From Narcine bancroftii (taxonomy: Eukaryota): DNA of 64,000 bases. Every line of letters begins with the position of its first letter. Position 1 is the first letter of the stretch. Location: the NCBI RefSeq assembly GCF_036971445.1, contig NC_091480.1, positions 11,594,001 through 11,658,000 on the forward strand. Reading direction: 5' to 3'. A model generated the notes under the pieces. That model was not told the origin of the DNA. It was given only the letters and a program-made list of their open reading frames with translations, and ran no database searches. Both the position numbers and the translations under genes were made by a program. Of this stretch, positions 1 through 13,302 are shown one piece after another.

Positions 1-81
1 TCTGATTTGTAATGTTTTTCTCCAATTTTTTTTTAGGGTTCTGTCACAATCCAGGGATTTTTCTCCAAGAAGTCTTTGAAT
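1..81 (-). pseudogene. REXO5: REXO5 pseudo-exon start (IQRLLGEKSLDCDRTLKK/LEKNITNQ vs VQRPVTELTLDCDTLVNELEGDSENQ)
   Basis: Acceptor mutated (ttttcaa); frameshift in an A-run; runs off the window. Confidence 0.75.
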
Positions 82-136
82 TTGAAAAGGTAGAATAAAC
101 TAGTTTTAATTATCTGTTATGTTATTTGGAACTATG

Positions 137-655
137 GGAGATTTGCCAAATTTGGAGTATTGTGTACAGTTTTGGTCACCTAACTACAGGAAAGATATCA
201 ATAAGATTGAAAGAGGGCAGAGATTTACTTGAATGTTGCCCAGACTTCAGGAGCTGAGTGACAGGGAAAGATTAAACAGTTTAGGACTTTTTTCCTTGGA
301 GTGTAGAAGAATGAGGGGAGATTTAATAGAGGTATTTAAAATTATGAAGGGTATAGGCAGTTAGGCTTTTTCCACTGAGGGTGGGTGAGATACAAACCAG
401 AGGATATGGATTAAGGGTGAAAGGGGAAATGTGTAGGGGGAACTTCTTGACACAAAGACTGGTGGAACAAGCTGCCAGCTGAAGTGGTGAATGCAGGCTC
501 AATGTTAACATTTAAGAAAAATTTGACAAGTACATGGATGGGACAGGTATGGAAGGCTATGGACCAGGTACAGGTCAATGGGATCAGGCAGAAAAATAAA
601 TCGGCACAGACTGGAAGGGCCAAAGGGCCTGGTTCTGTGCTGTAAAGTTCTATGG
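137..655 (+). mobile_element. CR1 LINE 3' fragment
   Basis: Typical CR1 C-terminal coding remnant and 3' tail. Confidence 0.7.
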
Positions 656-1584
656 AAAATGAGCTGTACTCTTCAATTAAGTTTAAACAGATGGGAAGAC
701 CATTCCTTTTAGTCCACATTCTTAGTGTTTTGGAGAAAGTGATCGAGATCGAGAGCACTAATTCTACAACTGAAAACTCCCTCTTTCATCTTAATCAGAG
801 ATAAGTAGATTATTTGTGTGGTAAGAAACAACGCTTGATGGAAAAAGTACATTTATCATGATTCTAATTAAAGCGTGGGTCCTTTGGAAGTTCATCAAAG
901 AATCCAGTTAAATACAAGGATCAGAAAACCATGCTGAGGGGTGAGGTAACACAAGCATCATTAGATTCATGTCAGAAGCATAGAGAGAGGAAGAAAAAAA
1001 AAACTTGTACCCAAGAAATTAACTTTTTTTTAAAAAAACAAAAGTTTACTCAAACTGCAACTACACTACAAAACTACAAAAACTCTACTCAGGACTGGAT
1101 CTAAACATACTATTTGCACAGATGGAATTCACAAGAAGCCGTAAATCACGTTAACTGCCTTCATGGAGGCTGCCTGACTTGCTGGAGCTTTATCAGCATT
1201 TTCTGGTTTTCATTGAGATTTTCAGCATCCCGTTTTAAATTTTAATATATATCCTACAATGGCCGATATTTTCCTCCTCAATTCCCATAAAAAAACGCAA
1301 GACAGTTAGAAATGATTAATTAATTAACGTGTCTACTCATCAATTTGAAATTTTAGCAATAATAAGTTTTAACTCCTAGTTCAAATTTTATAGAGAACAG
1401 ATGCAGTGAAAAAAGTGATCATATGCTTATGTTAAGTATAAAACTAGACAACATTTGAACTACTGTGCACAAGATAATTGATTCCTGTTCCCTTCATGTC
1501 CCGGGATTGTAGGTCAATTGGGTACAATTGGGTGGCAAGAGCTCGTGGGCTGAATGGGTCGAATGTATGTCTACATGAAATTAA

Positions 1585-1663
1585 ATGAATGAGAAATCCA
1601 GCTACAATGTTTCCATTTAATGCTGTCACTTTCGGGAACTCTGTATTGAATCCGCATGCAAGG
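1585..1663 (-). pseudogene. REXO5: REXO5 pseudo-exon (PCMRIQYRVPES/VTALNGNIVAGFLI vs PHLCIQYEVLEAAQLAIESLDGILVDGICI)
   Basis: Acceptor mutated (tttgtaa); internal frameshifting deletion; donor replaced by a SINE tail. Confidence 0.8.
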
Positions 1664-1831
1664 TTACAAAGGGAATGAAAAAGAAAAAGTCACAGAACAG
1701 CTTGATGTCCTTTTAAATCACTTCCTCATAATTTCATTCCCTTTGTTCTGGGCTAATAGGTATTGCTGGAAAATTATTATTTACAGAGCTCATTTCATTC
1801 TCAAGTTTTAAGTTGTATTTAGCAAATGAGG

Positions 1832-2143
1832 TCTTCTTTGGCTTGGCTTTGTAGACGAAGATTTATGGAGGGGTAATGTCCACGTCAGCTGCAGGCTCAT
1901 TTGTGGCTGACAAGTCCGATGCGGGACAGGCAGACACGGTTGCAAGGGAAAATTGGTGGGTTGGGTGTTGGGCTTTTCCTCCTTTGTCTTTTGTCAGAGA
2001 GGTGGGCTCTGCAGTATTCTTCAAAGGAGGTTGCTGCCCGCCGAACTGTGAGGCGCCAAGATGCACGGTTGGAGGTGATATCAGCCCACTGGCGGTGGTC
2101 AATGTGGCAGGCACCAAGAGATTTCTTTAGGCAGTCCTTGTAC
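1832..2143 (-). mobile_element. RTE-clade LINE 3' fragment
   Basis: Near-identical to the reverse complement of 13675-13995. Confidence 0.85.
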
Positions 2144-3604
2144 ATTAAGTTTAATACAGAAAACAGCAAGTTCTTACAAAAAGATAAAATTCAATGGATT
2201 TGACGAATCCTTTTCCCATAAAATTGCCCAAGGAACAAATGTTGGCCAAGAGATCAACACATTTTTCCTGCTCTCTTTTAAATAAACCTTTCCATAACGA
2301 ACCGAGAGTGAAACCTTGTTTACTGTTTCATCAAAAAGATTGCACCCTCAACAATGTCGCACTATACCAGCCTAGGTTTTGTACACCTGACTCAGACAAG
2401 AATGCCTTTCCCGGGAAATCAAATTAGCACCAGTAACATGAAGGGTGAATTCTGGGTAATGAATGCGATATGGACTAGCAGATCAGCTGCAACCTATTTG
2501 AGAAGATGACATTTTGGATCTAGTACGTTGCCACAGAAAAGGGTTGAATAATAATCTTTCTGTGAAGGGATCCCAAGGAAATGGTGACTATCTTGTATGA
2601 TAGGATTGTAAATTATGTTCATAAGTGATGCAGTTCAATCCAGAGTTTTTAATCTCAAGAAATAAAAATTGATAAACTGAAAAACTACACGAAGACAGCA
2701 TGTCAGCTGACAGTCAATAATGATCACAAAGTGAAAATACAGCATTAGCAACAAGTACAGAAATATTTTAAGGCATGAAAATAAACCAGGAAAAGTTTTC
2801 CAACCATATTATATTTAAGGAAAATGTTTACGATTCCACTGCAGCCCTGAGAACTTTCCACTATTCAGCAAATGATGAACAACAACAAACAAGAGGAAAA
2901 TAGAGAACAAGGCATCAACTGACAAGAAACAAAAGAAATCAGACTTTAAAAGCATCTGTCAGAAGGTACAAAGGAAAAGATTAATGAGACAAGCATGGGT
3001 TTGTTACAGCTGGGAGACAAGATAATTTATGGCAGACAGCGGCAGAACAATTAAACAATTCTTCAGGTCTGATTTCACAGAGGATACAAAAAAACTCGCA
3101 AGGGCAGTGGGATCTTGGTGCAGTGGTTGGTGCTGGTACTGCCTCAGAGACTTGGGTGCTCACAGTGTAGAGTTTTCATGCCCTACCCGTGGGCGTGTTC
3201 TGGTGCTTCAGTTTCTTCCGAAATCCTGAAGTTCTGCTGGTAGGTAGGTCGGTAAATTGGCTACTATAAATGTTCCCAAGTGCAGGCAGGTGAAAGGAGA
3301 AATGGAAATGAGGAGAGGGGGGTGATGATGATCCAGATGCAAAAGAAGAATGGGATTAGAGAGCAGGCAACACTAAAAAAATTTTACAGTACACAATGCA
3401 CTAGAAAGAATTACGGCTCCCAATACACATCATTACCCGAATTGGTCCCGGAATGCCAGAAGTACAGTTTAGACTGCAGGCATTCTGGGAATTTTAGTAG
3501 GTCCTTTTAAGGAAAAAAGACAGGACTGGAACGACCCCACACCCCACCCAATTCCGTCTCCGTGCTTTTTCGGGAAAAAGGAGAAAATGTCCTAGAATGA
3601 AGTG

Positions 3605-4700
3605 GCTGTGTAAAAAACATAATTAATAAATATGTCTAATGCCTTCTAAAATACTAACGTTTCTGATATGATTCCTGCAGATTGGAGAGTGGTAAATGTG
3701 AATTCACTATTTTAGAAAGGAGAGAGTTAGAAAACAGGAAACATGGACCTGTTAGCAACCAACAGCATTAGGGAAAACGCTACAAACAAAAAAATGTGAT
3801 ATCAAAACACTTTGCAAATAATATGATTGAGCAAAGTCAAATAGATTTATTGACACCCATCTACAGTAATCCCATTTTTCTTTTGCTTCCCAATCACCAA
3901 CACCCCTCCCCTCATTTCCATTTCTCCTTTCATGCTTGAATGCTTTGACGATATATCTGATAGATGATGGGAAACCAGTGGATGTGGAGCACTGGATTTT
4001 TCGGGCATCTTCCAATAAGGTTCCACACAGGAGGATGGTGAACAAGATTCAAGCACATGGAATTAACGACAGTATAATAGTGTGGGTTGAGAATTGGTCA
4101 ATATTGCTAGAAAACAGGTTCCTCTCAGACTGATCTTTGGGGTTCCACTGGGTCAGCCCTTAGACTCCAACTGTTTAAAATATTAATGATTAATTTTGCT
4201 GAGAGGACTAAATGTAATATTTCTAAGTTTATTGATGGTTTGAAACAAAGTCTGAGCTGCAAGGAGGATGCAAATAGCCGGTCCATATTTCTTGCAACTC
4301 ACAAGTATTTCCTGATGATAAGAGACGAGTTACCGTGAATATTTATTATCTATATTTTGTATTTATTCTTTTTGTAATTTATCATATACCACTATAGTTT
4401 TTTTCTTATGAAATACCTGTTTGGCTGCAACAAAAATTTTTGTACATATGTACATTGTTCAATGCATATGACAATAAACTCATTATCAGACTGGGAAACA
4501 ATATTTATAAGAAACTTGTTGTCCTTGTTTATCTCATTCAAAGCTAGCATACAATTATGAAGGTGAAAGCCATGTTGGTCTTTATTAGAAGTGGATTTGA
4601 AGACAAGGGTAAGGATCCTTATTACAATTATATAAGCACTCGTGAGACCACAACTGGAGTACTGTGTACAATTTGGGTCTATTTGCCTACAAATGGCTTT
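3605..4700 (+). mobile_element. Degraded CR1 RT fragments (continuing at ~6300-6550, interrupted by other repeats and the Hero element)
   Basis: DGKPVDVE..NKVPHRRMVNKIQAHGI matches CR1 RT. Confidence 0.6.
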
Positions 4701-4719
4701 ACAGAGCAGGTACATCAGC

Positions 4720-6230
4720 TCAGGAAGGATGCTGTGGACTTAAGAGCATCAACAGAACCACACTACCTGGCAAGTTGAAGCTCTGGTGTACGCATTTTGG
4801 GTTCTTTCCACACCTCATGTGGTCATTAACCCTGTATGAAGTTCCAGTCTCGAACATGGAAAAGCTGGAAAGACTGATCAACTCATACATAAGGAAGTGA
4901 CTTGGTCTTCCCAGGAGCCTTAGCAGCATAGGGCTTTAGGCAAAGGAGTCCTAGAGCTACCCATTTCCAGTCTTTCAGTGCGCAAAGGTAAGACTGGAGA
5001 TGATGTTAACAGAGGTGAGTGATCCATTTGTAGCTCAAGTTGCCGTCATCCTGGATAATGGAAGGAAATGTTCAAGCATAGGGATATCGTGGGGGGAGTG
5101 CAGCAAGGGAGGAACGGTTTTGGTCTTGGGGCAAGTACATCAGCCTGGAACAAGGCAGCTCCATCTCAGAAACAGAGGTTTGTGACGGAGGAGATATGTC
5201 GGCAGGAGGAGGCAGCAAGCTATGCAAAGGCTGTTGCTCAGGCAAGGCAAGGGCAATGGACAAGATGGGAGGTGGTGGAGAAAAGGAAGATCTCCTGGAA
5301 AGAGCTGTGGGAGATGGAGACAGAGCGAACTTTACTATCATGGCTCAGACAACGTCTTGCCATCGGCCATGAATCCTAGCCAGTGATGTGGAGAGGACCG
5401 TACATGCTCCCTCTGCCTGACACTAAAACATATCTTGATGGGCTGCAAGACCAGCCTCATTCAAGGCCGAAACATCTGGCATCACAACCAGGTGCTATGG
5501 TGCCTTGTAGCAGTGCTGGAAAATTGGCAGATGGGTGTCAATGCTCTCCCTCCCCCTTCATCCCACTGGCCATTAACAGCATTTGTCCGGGAAGTTGAGG
5601 GTTAAGCCAGAATCGCCATGTCAAGATTAGACTCCAGGAAGTTAGATGGAGCACATGATTGGAAGATGGCAGCAGACTTAGACCAGAGGCTCTGGTTCCA
5701 AAATGAAATCATGGAAACCAGTTTCAGACTTTTAGCAGACCTTGAGCTGTGGTCGGCCTCACTCCATCTCATTTACATCATTGAACTTACAATGCCCTGG
5801 GAGGATGAAGTGGAGAAGGCCTATAAGCGCAAGAAACTGAGGAACGCTGAGCTTGCAGCTGATGTGCAGCAACATGGCTGGAAGGCAAGGGTCCGACCGG
5901 TTGAAGTAGGCTGCAGGGCTGCAGAGGATTTGTAGCCACGTTGACATCAAGGCTACTCCAGAAGTTGGGAGTGTGATGAAAGATACACCGACAAGCAGTC
6001 AAAGATCTCTCCAGAGCTGTTGAAAAGGATAGTCAGTGTCTCTGGATGAGGAGAAAGGATTCTATCTGGGCCCCTGAGAGAGTGAACGGCATCTAGGATG
6101 TGAGGCTGGGATGCCGGAATTCACTGCTGAACCCTCCGGAGGTGTCGTGGGTCTATCAGCGAAACACTGAGGAAGGAGAACTTGATAACCCAGAAGATGC
6201 CACCACTCACATGGCTTTGCTGTAGAATCC
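4720..6230 (+). mobile_element. Decayed RLE-type non-LTR retrotransposon (Hero/R2-group), 3' half
   Basis: CSLC..KHILMGC knuckle; DLELWS..IIELTMPWED..AYKRKKLRNAEL..GWKARVRPVEVGCR restriction-like endonuclease; frameshifted. Confidence 0.8.
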
Positions 6231-6815
6231 AGGCAGCAAGTCTCAGGAGTGCAATAATGGATATTAACATCTAGTCCTACATAACATACCATATCTCTGG
6301 GGGAAATAATGTGAAGATTTACTAGACTTGTTCATGAGATACTAATTATGGCATATACAAAATACATATTAGGGCTCTCCAAGGTCAATCTGGAGAGTTT
6401 GTATCCCTTGGCTAAAGTCTCCAGAACTAGGAGACCATAATTCAAAGTAAGAAATGAACAATGAGGACAAATTTCTTGATTAAGAAGGTGATGAATCTTT
6501 GGAATTATTTTCCTTCAAGGACAATAGAGACTCAGTCAATTATTACATTCAGTGGACTGCAGCAACACACTGTCAAAGACTGCCCCCTTTGATCTGTTCC
6601 AAGGCAGGTGGCCAATATTCATGTGACCATCTGTCATTGCCAGGCAATTGCATTAACATCTAAGTACTTATAAACTGTAGTTCTTGAGAGAAGATTAATG
6701 TCTAAGCGACAGATATTTTAATCCAAGCAATCCTTTAGTTTAATATATTGGCTACAATTATTACATGAATTACTAATGCACAAGAGGCTACTCTTGCTTT
6801 AATTACTGTATGTAC

Positions 6816-6944
6816 CTTGTATGTTTCCATGGCAACGCTGAAGGAATTGATGGAACCACAATTTCTGAATGCTCTTTCAACAGACTTTCAACGGAAATCC
6901 TTACAGACCGGCCCAGCAAACACGTCTGACAATTTTTGTTTCAT
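6816..6944 (-). pseudogene. REXO5: REXO5 RRM exon (MKQKLSDVFAGPVCKDFR*KSVERAFRNCGSINSFSVAMETYK vs MRIKWTEISTVYAGPFSK..FVLETRQ)
   Basis: ctcttacag / gtacat; in-frame TGA and a 3-codon deletion. Confidence 0.85.
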
Positions 6945-8269
6945 CTGTAAGAGAAATTTGAAAATGGAAAATAGATAAGACGTGTCAAGGAAGCTTCTTT
7001 GATGAAAGGCAGTGATCTCTGAACAAATGTCATCAAATACTTTGATGAAGGGCTCAAGCCTGGAACATCGGTGATGTATCTTTATCTTTGCTACATAAAG
7101 GACACTGTTTGACCTGTTGAACTTCTCCAGCATCGTGAGTTTTTTACTTCATCCGCGGTGTCTACAGAATTTTGTGATTTACTTCTGAACAAATGACAAT
7201 CACAATGTTAACTTGCCTACCAAGAATTTTGGATTTGATGACAAAATTAGCATTTAACATCCATCATCAACTTCTCAATCAGTAAAGTTCTTCTGGTGAA
7301 TGAGAGGTGACACAGTAAATGCAGATGTAGATAGATCTCCTGTCTTGGAGTCAAGAACCAGGGATCACAATTTCAATATAAATAAGCTAGCCTTTCTGGA
7401 CAGAACTAAGAAGAAATACAGTAAAACCCCTGTTATCTGGAATTCAAGCAACCAGCAGCCTCAAGCAACTAGCCAATCCATGCAACTGGCAAATACCCTA
7501 GACATACCATTGACCAATTCCCTTAGGTGCTGGATACTGGAGGTTTTACTGCATCTTCATCCAGAAGGTGGCCAATATTCAAAATTCACCACTCAACAGA
7601 TCTGTAAAGACTCAGTCATTGAGTAAATTCAAAACATCTAAAAAAAGGTCTATTAAGGAAACCAATGGATAAGTACAAGAAAGTGCCTTGAGGGTAGAAG
7701 ATCAGCCATAATCTTATCAAATGGCAGATGAGCCACCAAGGGCTCAATGAACTCCTCATGCTTCAACTTATGCTCTTACCAGTGAAACAAAGATTATTTT
7801 GTCCAAAGCAGGACTTAGGGGTATTTTTCCATTTTTAAAAATCAGTTAAAAGCTAAAACATTCAATAATATTCTTTGAGGTAAAGGAATACCTATACAGC
7901 TTCAAGATATTCAAAATGACATTATGGTCAAAGAAACACAGTAAGTGCTGTAAAATAGATAATATGGTAACATTTTATGCACAGCAAGTTCCCACATAAC
8001 CAGAACATTAAAATGCATTGCAATGACTTGCCCTACATATTTCAACAGCACTTCTCAAGCACATGATCTCAACCAAGAACAAGGGCATGCAGTGAACAAA
8101 AGCATTACCTGTACTTTCCCCTTCAACTCGCACCATATCCAAACTTTGAATTACATCACAGATCTTTCATCATTGCATGGTCCATGTCCTGATCTAATAG
8201 TGTGTTGGGAGTACCTTCACCATAATGACTTCAGCGATTCTGGGTGGCAGCTCACCACCACTATTTTAG

Positions 8270-8550
8270 AACAGAGAACATTACAGCACAGTACAGGCCC
8301 CCAGCCCATGATATTGTGCCGACATATGGAAGCCTAGTCAACAATCTAATCTTATCCTAATTCATACCTATGATTTTCTCCATGTGCCTGAGTATTTTGA
8401 ATGCTCTCATTGTACCAGCCTCCACCACTAACCCCAGCAAAGCATTCGAGACACTTACCACTTCCTGAGTAAAAGACTTAGCCCTGACATCTCTCCTGAA
8501 TGTTCCTCCACTCACCTTAAACCTACATACTCTGGTATTTGCTACAATAC
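8270..8550 (-). mobile_element. CR1 LINE 3' fragment
   Basis: FRRDVRAKSFTQEVVSVSNAL motif. Confidence 0.6.
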
Positions 8551-8614
8551 CAGAGGGCATTCCAAATGATTGTCAATTGGGGATGGACAATAAATCCTGG
8601 CTTTGCCTGACTCT

Positions 8615-8683
8615 TCAGATTCCAAAGTCCTTACAGATCGGCCCAACATACACAATGCACATCTCCACCAACTTCTGTTTCAA
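8615..8683 (-). pseudogene. REXO5: REXO5 RRM exon, truncated duplicate (LKQKLVEMCIVYVGPICKDFGI*)
   Basis: ttctctgcag acceptor; paralogous to 6816-6944; similarity ends at repeat sequence. Confidence 0.7.
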
Positions 8684-9029
8684 CTGCAGAGAAATCTGAA
8701 AATATTATGAATAAGTGTCATTGGTATTGAGAAAGAAAGTGGATACGAGGCCAACCATCAGTTTAGAATGACTTTAATGGATGGTGGAGTTGGCTCAAAG
8801 TACTACACGAGTAACTCCTGCCCTTCATTTCTTATGTTTTTCCACATCATACTCCCACAGTGCTTCAGGGAAAGTGTTTCACTTCTTCCTATCAGTGATG
8901 ATGAAGGCATGTCAATATAATTTATGTCAGGATGGTGTTGGAAGAGGAACTTGCTGTCATCCTGTGTGTCTATTGTAAATGAAACAAGTTGCTCCAGTAG
9001 TGATCAGTAGTTCATTGTAGTCCACTTCA

Positions 9030-9660
9030 GAACTCCGATTGTGGATACATAACACCTCCTCACTTGCCAGGAAGGCACAACAGCGACTGAACTTCCCGAG
9101 AAGACTGAAGTGGGCAAGGCCACCATCCTGTCAAGTTTCTACAGGAGCTCTATCAAGAGTGTCCTGGCCAGCTGCATCACAGTGTGGTACGGTTTTTGCA
9201 AAGCATCGGATCAGAGGTCTATCACAGGACCATAAGAGCACCATAGAAGATTACTGAAATCTCCCTCCACCACCACCCCCCCTACCCCCAATATCAATGA
9301 GATTTACTGGGATCATTGTTTTAAGAGAGCTTGCAAAATCTGTAAGGACTCCTACCACTCCGCACACAGGATCTTTCAGCGACTCCTGATGGGAAAGAGA
9401 TGTAAAGTATTAGAGCCAGATCCAACAGGCGAAAGAACAGCTTCTTCCCATGGGCAGTGAGACTGCTGAATGACTAAAACAACTCCCCATGACTCTATTA
9501 TAATTTTAATAATATTAATGTTTAATATATGTATATAAGACATGCATATAAGTTTTGTGAATCTGTATTATTTGTCTGTATGTGTGAATGTACGATGGAC
9601 CAGAGAACACTGTTTTGTCAAGTTGTACTGTTACAATCAGATGACATATAATCATGAACT
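9030..9660 (+). mobile_element. Rex1/Babar-like LINE 3' fragment
   Basis: RKAQQRLNFPRRLK; shared tail. Confidence 0.6.
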
Positions 9661-9966
9661 TTTATTTGTAGCCACAATGGGTTGGCAATTAATTATATTT
9701 ATCTATTTCTATTGTGAATGCAGAAGGTACAATCTGTGGTGTAGGTTATAATAGTGCATTGAATTAATTGGACAGTATCCCCATTCCTTGATACATTGAA
9801 CACTGAGTCAGACAGGAGAGCCAGTGGGATGGCATCATTGCCAATTAACACCCAATATTGTCATACCTTTGTTCCCATATATCAATACACCGGAATTCTC
9901 TTCCCGATAGTGTTGTGGGAGAAGTATCATTACAAAGCTGAAATAAAGAGGCCCATACTGCCACTG

Positions 9967-10206
9967 CCAATGAGGGGAAAGACCCAGACTTCCAATGAGG
10001 GGAAAGGCCCAGACTTCCAATGAGGGGAAAGGCCCAGACTTCCAATGAGGGGAAAGGCCCAGACTTCCAATGAGGGGAAAAGCCCAGACTGCCAATGGGG
10101 GGGAAAGGCCCAGACTTCCAATGAGGGGAAAGGCCCAGACTTCCAATGAGGGGAAAGACCCAGACTTCCAATGAGGGGAAAGGGCCTGACTTCCAATGAG
10201 GGGAAA
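9967..10206. repeat. 25-bp minisatellite (ccaatgaggggaaaggcccagactt) x ~9.5
   Basis: Direct reading; period 25. Confidence 0.95.
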
Positions 10207-10601
10207 ACAAATCCCACACACAACTTTTATTAAAAATGTTATTAAAATCATGCAAGCAGCCAATAAATCTTTTCTGTACTGGGATGATGAAGATCACTTT
10301 AACATCTACTTACTTTGCTAATAACATAATTGAAAGCTGGAGTGGCCTCTTGAGGTTCAATAGTGAAAGCATATTGCTGTTCATAGCCAGATTAGACCAT
10401 CTGGCTCTATATATTTGATTCTGGAAGTCTTGTGAATAAAGAAAGGATGTAAATTATAAGAAAGTCACTCCATTCACTATTTAATAGACAAATTATTTCT
10501 CATAATTGACTGATATGTTTATGCACATAATTTCTCAAAAAGTGGTCTGATGGATTTCTACTACTAAACAATGACTGCACTGCTATTTCTGTCTGTCATA
10601 C

Positions 10602-10728
10602 CCTTTCATGCAGTTGTCTTATGTTGACTTTCATATATAGATCATTTTCAAATCTAGTCCACATAAGATGCGAAGTGAATTACACTTAAGGCAGTTGCTG
10701 GGATGTTGGCCTGAGTATACTGAACAAC
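10602..10728 (-). pseudogene. REXO5: REXO5 pseudo-exon (VVQYTQANIPATALSVIHF.. vs VLEQARVEIPLFPFSIVQF)
   Basis: ttctgcag / gtatga; 127 nt, frameshifted with stops. Confidence 0.7.
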
Positions 10729-11799
10729 CTGCAGAAAACATATTCCATGTATGTTCAGAGACAAAGTGTTACATCTTAAATTTTTTTTTATTAGCAAGGA
10801 GTAAAATCTTCTGATGGATGATCACAATCTAGTCCAATGTTTGAGACAGATTGTGATCATCTCAACTTTGCTCTACATTAATGTGAAAAACTATATGAAA
10901 AGGCAACCCTTCACTAAAGATTTCAATTGGCTTCATTTCTGAGGGAAGTTTCCTTGCCATAATTGTTTCATTTTATAGATGGAAAAAACAATGTGTTGGA
11001 GGCACTCAGTGGATTGAGTATCATTAGTGAGAGAAAAAGAAGTATCATATTTCAAGTTAGAATCCTTCAAGATCTGAAACGTCAACAATTATTTTTCTTC
11101 CACTGACACCACCAGCCCATTGAGTTCTTCCAGCAGATTGTGCTTTGATCCCGATTCCTACATCTGCAGTTTCCTGAGTCGCGGTTTGTAGGTCTGCTAC
11201 GCAGGGCTTCACAAGATGAGGAAACAGTAAACTAAATGCAACATAAAAACAAACTAATAGCATCCGTCAAATTAACGGAATGGCAATTTAGCAATCTATC
11301 TAATCAAAGAAACATTCACTCAGCACCAGTTCTCTGGACTCAGGCTAGTTGCTTGGAACCCTTTTGATTACTTCGCTTGGAAAACAGTGTATATTTCCCT
11401 AATCAAGTTTCTCCCATCCCACAGAATGTATATTTGTATAAGGATTGCTATTTTGCCCTCCTGACATTGAGTTTTTCAGCTTCCACACTGGGGTGGTTTA
11501 GTGCTTTCCTCTTCCCAACTCTGCCTACATATCTCTGATATCTTGGTTCTCTTCTTTGAGGTCATCTGGTCATCAACCTCTCCTGTTCCAATCATTGCTT
11601 TCCATTCTCTTCTTCAATTCTAGTTCCTGGCTTGGTCTATTAGCCCCTCCTTCCTTTTAACCCCTTTTACTCTCAGTATAGAACATGCCCAAGATGATTA
11701 TGCAATGCCACAAAAATGTGACTATAAAACATTATGCAAAACTTATTTTTACATAAGAAATGCTTTGTTTTTGAATGGAAAGGTATAAATTATACAGGC

Positions 11800-12640
11800 A
11801 CAATTCCAATGCCATCTACGAGTTTGCTGACGACACCACAATTCTCGGCAGAATCACAAACAGAAATGAGGAAGCGAACAGGAGGGAGGTAGATCAGCTC
11901 ACTGAATGGTGTAACAACAACAACTTTGCGCTCAGTGCCAGCAAAACCAAGATGATTATGTACTTCAGGAGGAAGTCAGGGGAACTCATTGAGGGCTCAG
12001 TAGAGGGTAAAGAACTTCAAATTCCTCGGTGTCAACATCTCTGAGCATCTGTCCTGGAGTGTCCACGTTGTTGCAATCACAAAGAAGGCTCTCCAGCGGC
12101 TATACTTTGTGAGGTGTCTGAGGAGATTTGGTAGGTCACCGAAGATTCCGAAAACTTCTACAGGTGCACTGGGGAGAGCACTCTGGCTGGTTGCATCACT
12201 GCCTGGTATGGAGGTGCCAACTCTCAGGACAAGAATAAATTCCAGAGGGATGTTAACTTCTCCTGCAACATCACAGGCACCAGACTTCACCCCATCGAGG
12301 ACGTCTACATGAAGCAGTGTCTTAAAAAAAGCAGCCTCTATCCTCAAAGACCCCCACCACCCAGGCCATGCCCACTTCACTCTGCTACCATCGGGGAAAA
12401 GATACAGGACCCTGAAGTCGAGCACTCAGCGGCACAAGGACAGCTTCTTTCCCACTGCCATCAGATTCCTGAATGATCAATGAATCAAAGACACTGCCTT
12501 ACTTTTCATGCAATTTTATTGTTAATATTATTTTATCTTTTATAGTTATGTCAAAAGATGGTTACATGTATGTTTACCCTATGATTCTGCCACAAAACAC
12601 CTAACCCTAACCCTAAACCTGTTCGTAACAATAAATCCTA
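11800..12640 (+). mobile_element. Rex1/Babar-like LINE 3' fragment
   Basis: IYEFADDTTILGRI RT motif; KKALQRLYFVRCLRRF. Confidence 0.75.
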
Positions 12641-13302
12641 ATTCTGTCCTAGCTGAATGTTAATCGTGCCAGTGGTATGAATGAAGGCTCAAAGCGAAGA
12701 AAAATTTAAACTTGAGCTCCCAAGAGTCAACTATTTTAACTCCCCCCCCAACCATTTCCACAATTACATGTCTGTCCTCAGGCTCATCATTGTTAGGGTG
12801 AGGCTAAGTATAAACTGGAGGACTGCCTTAAATCTAATGGCATTAACAATGTTTCCTAATTTTATGTCACCTCCACCTAATTTCTCTGTTTCCATCTCTT
12901 CTTCACCTACTTCTGTACTCATTTTTCCCCTCAAACTTTTCTCTTCCACCCTCTTCCTAATGATCTCTTCCTCTTTCTGTCTTTCCTCCTCTCACATCTT
13001 CTGTCCTATCACCTCTGGGCCATTCCCCCAGTTTCATTCCTCCTTTATATATGTGATTTTAAAAATCTAATGTTGATCAAGGGCTTAGACTAAAAACAAT
13101 GATTGACCATTTTGATCGATGGATGCGTTCTGACCTACTGAGTTCCTTCAGCAATTCTTTGACCGCTTCAACGAATTGTAGAGGGTTTAATTTGTTCCTT
13201 GTTTCCATGTCGAGAGCCAATATATCTTGGCTAATTATGATGGATGGAATGAACTTTTCTTGTGCGCAGAAATTGGAACAAATATGGCTTCACATTCTTT
13301 AC

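Noticed and set aside
846-920. Minus-strand SLYLTG..LPKDPR resembling REXO5 SIYLSG..LPKDLK
   Set aside because: Out of order relative to the exon starting at 81, and no splice sites; likely chance
2194-2427. Plus-strand ORF with LFHQ..LNNV resembling the REXO5 N-terminus
   Set aside because: Wrong strand and position; overlaps repeat-like sequence
9967-10206. Regular 25-bp repeats (also the 28-bp and 43-bp arrays) resembling a CRISPR array
   Set aside because: Head-to-tail with no unique spacers, no cas genes, vertebrate context
12600-12617. (CCCTAA) telomere-like repeat
   Set aside because: Fewer than three units, inside a LINE tail
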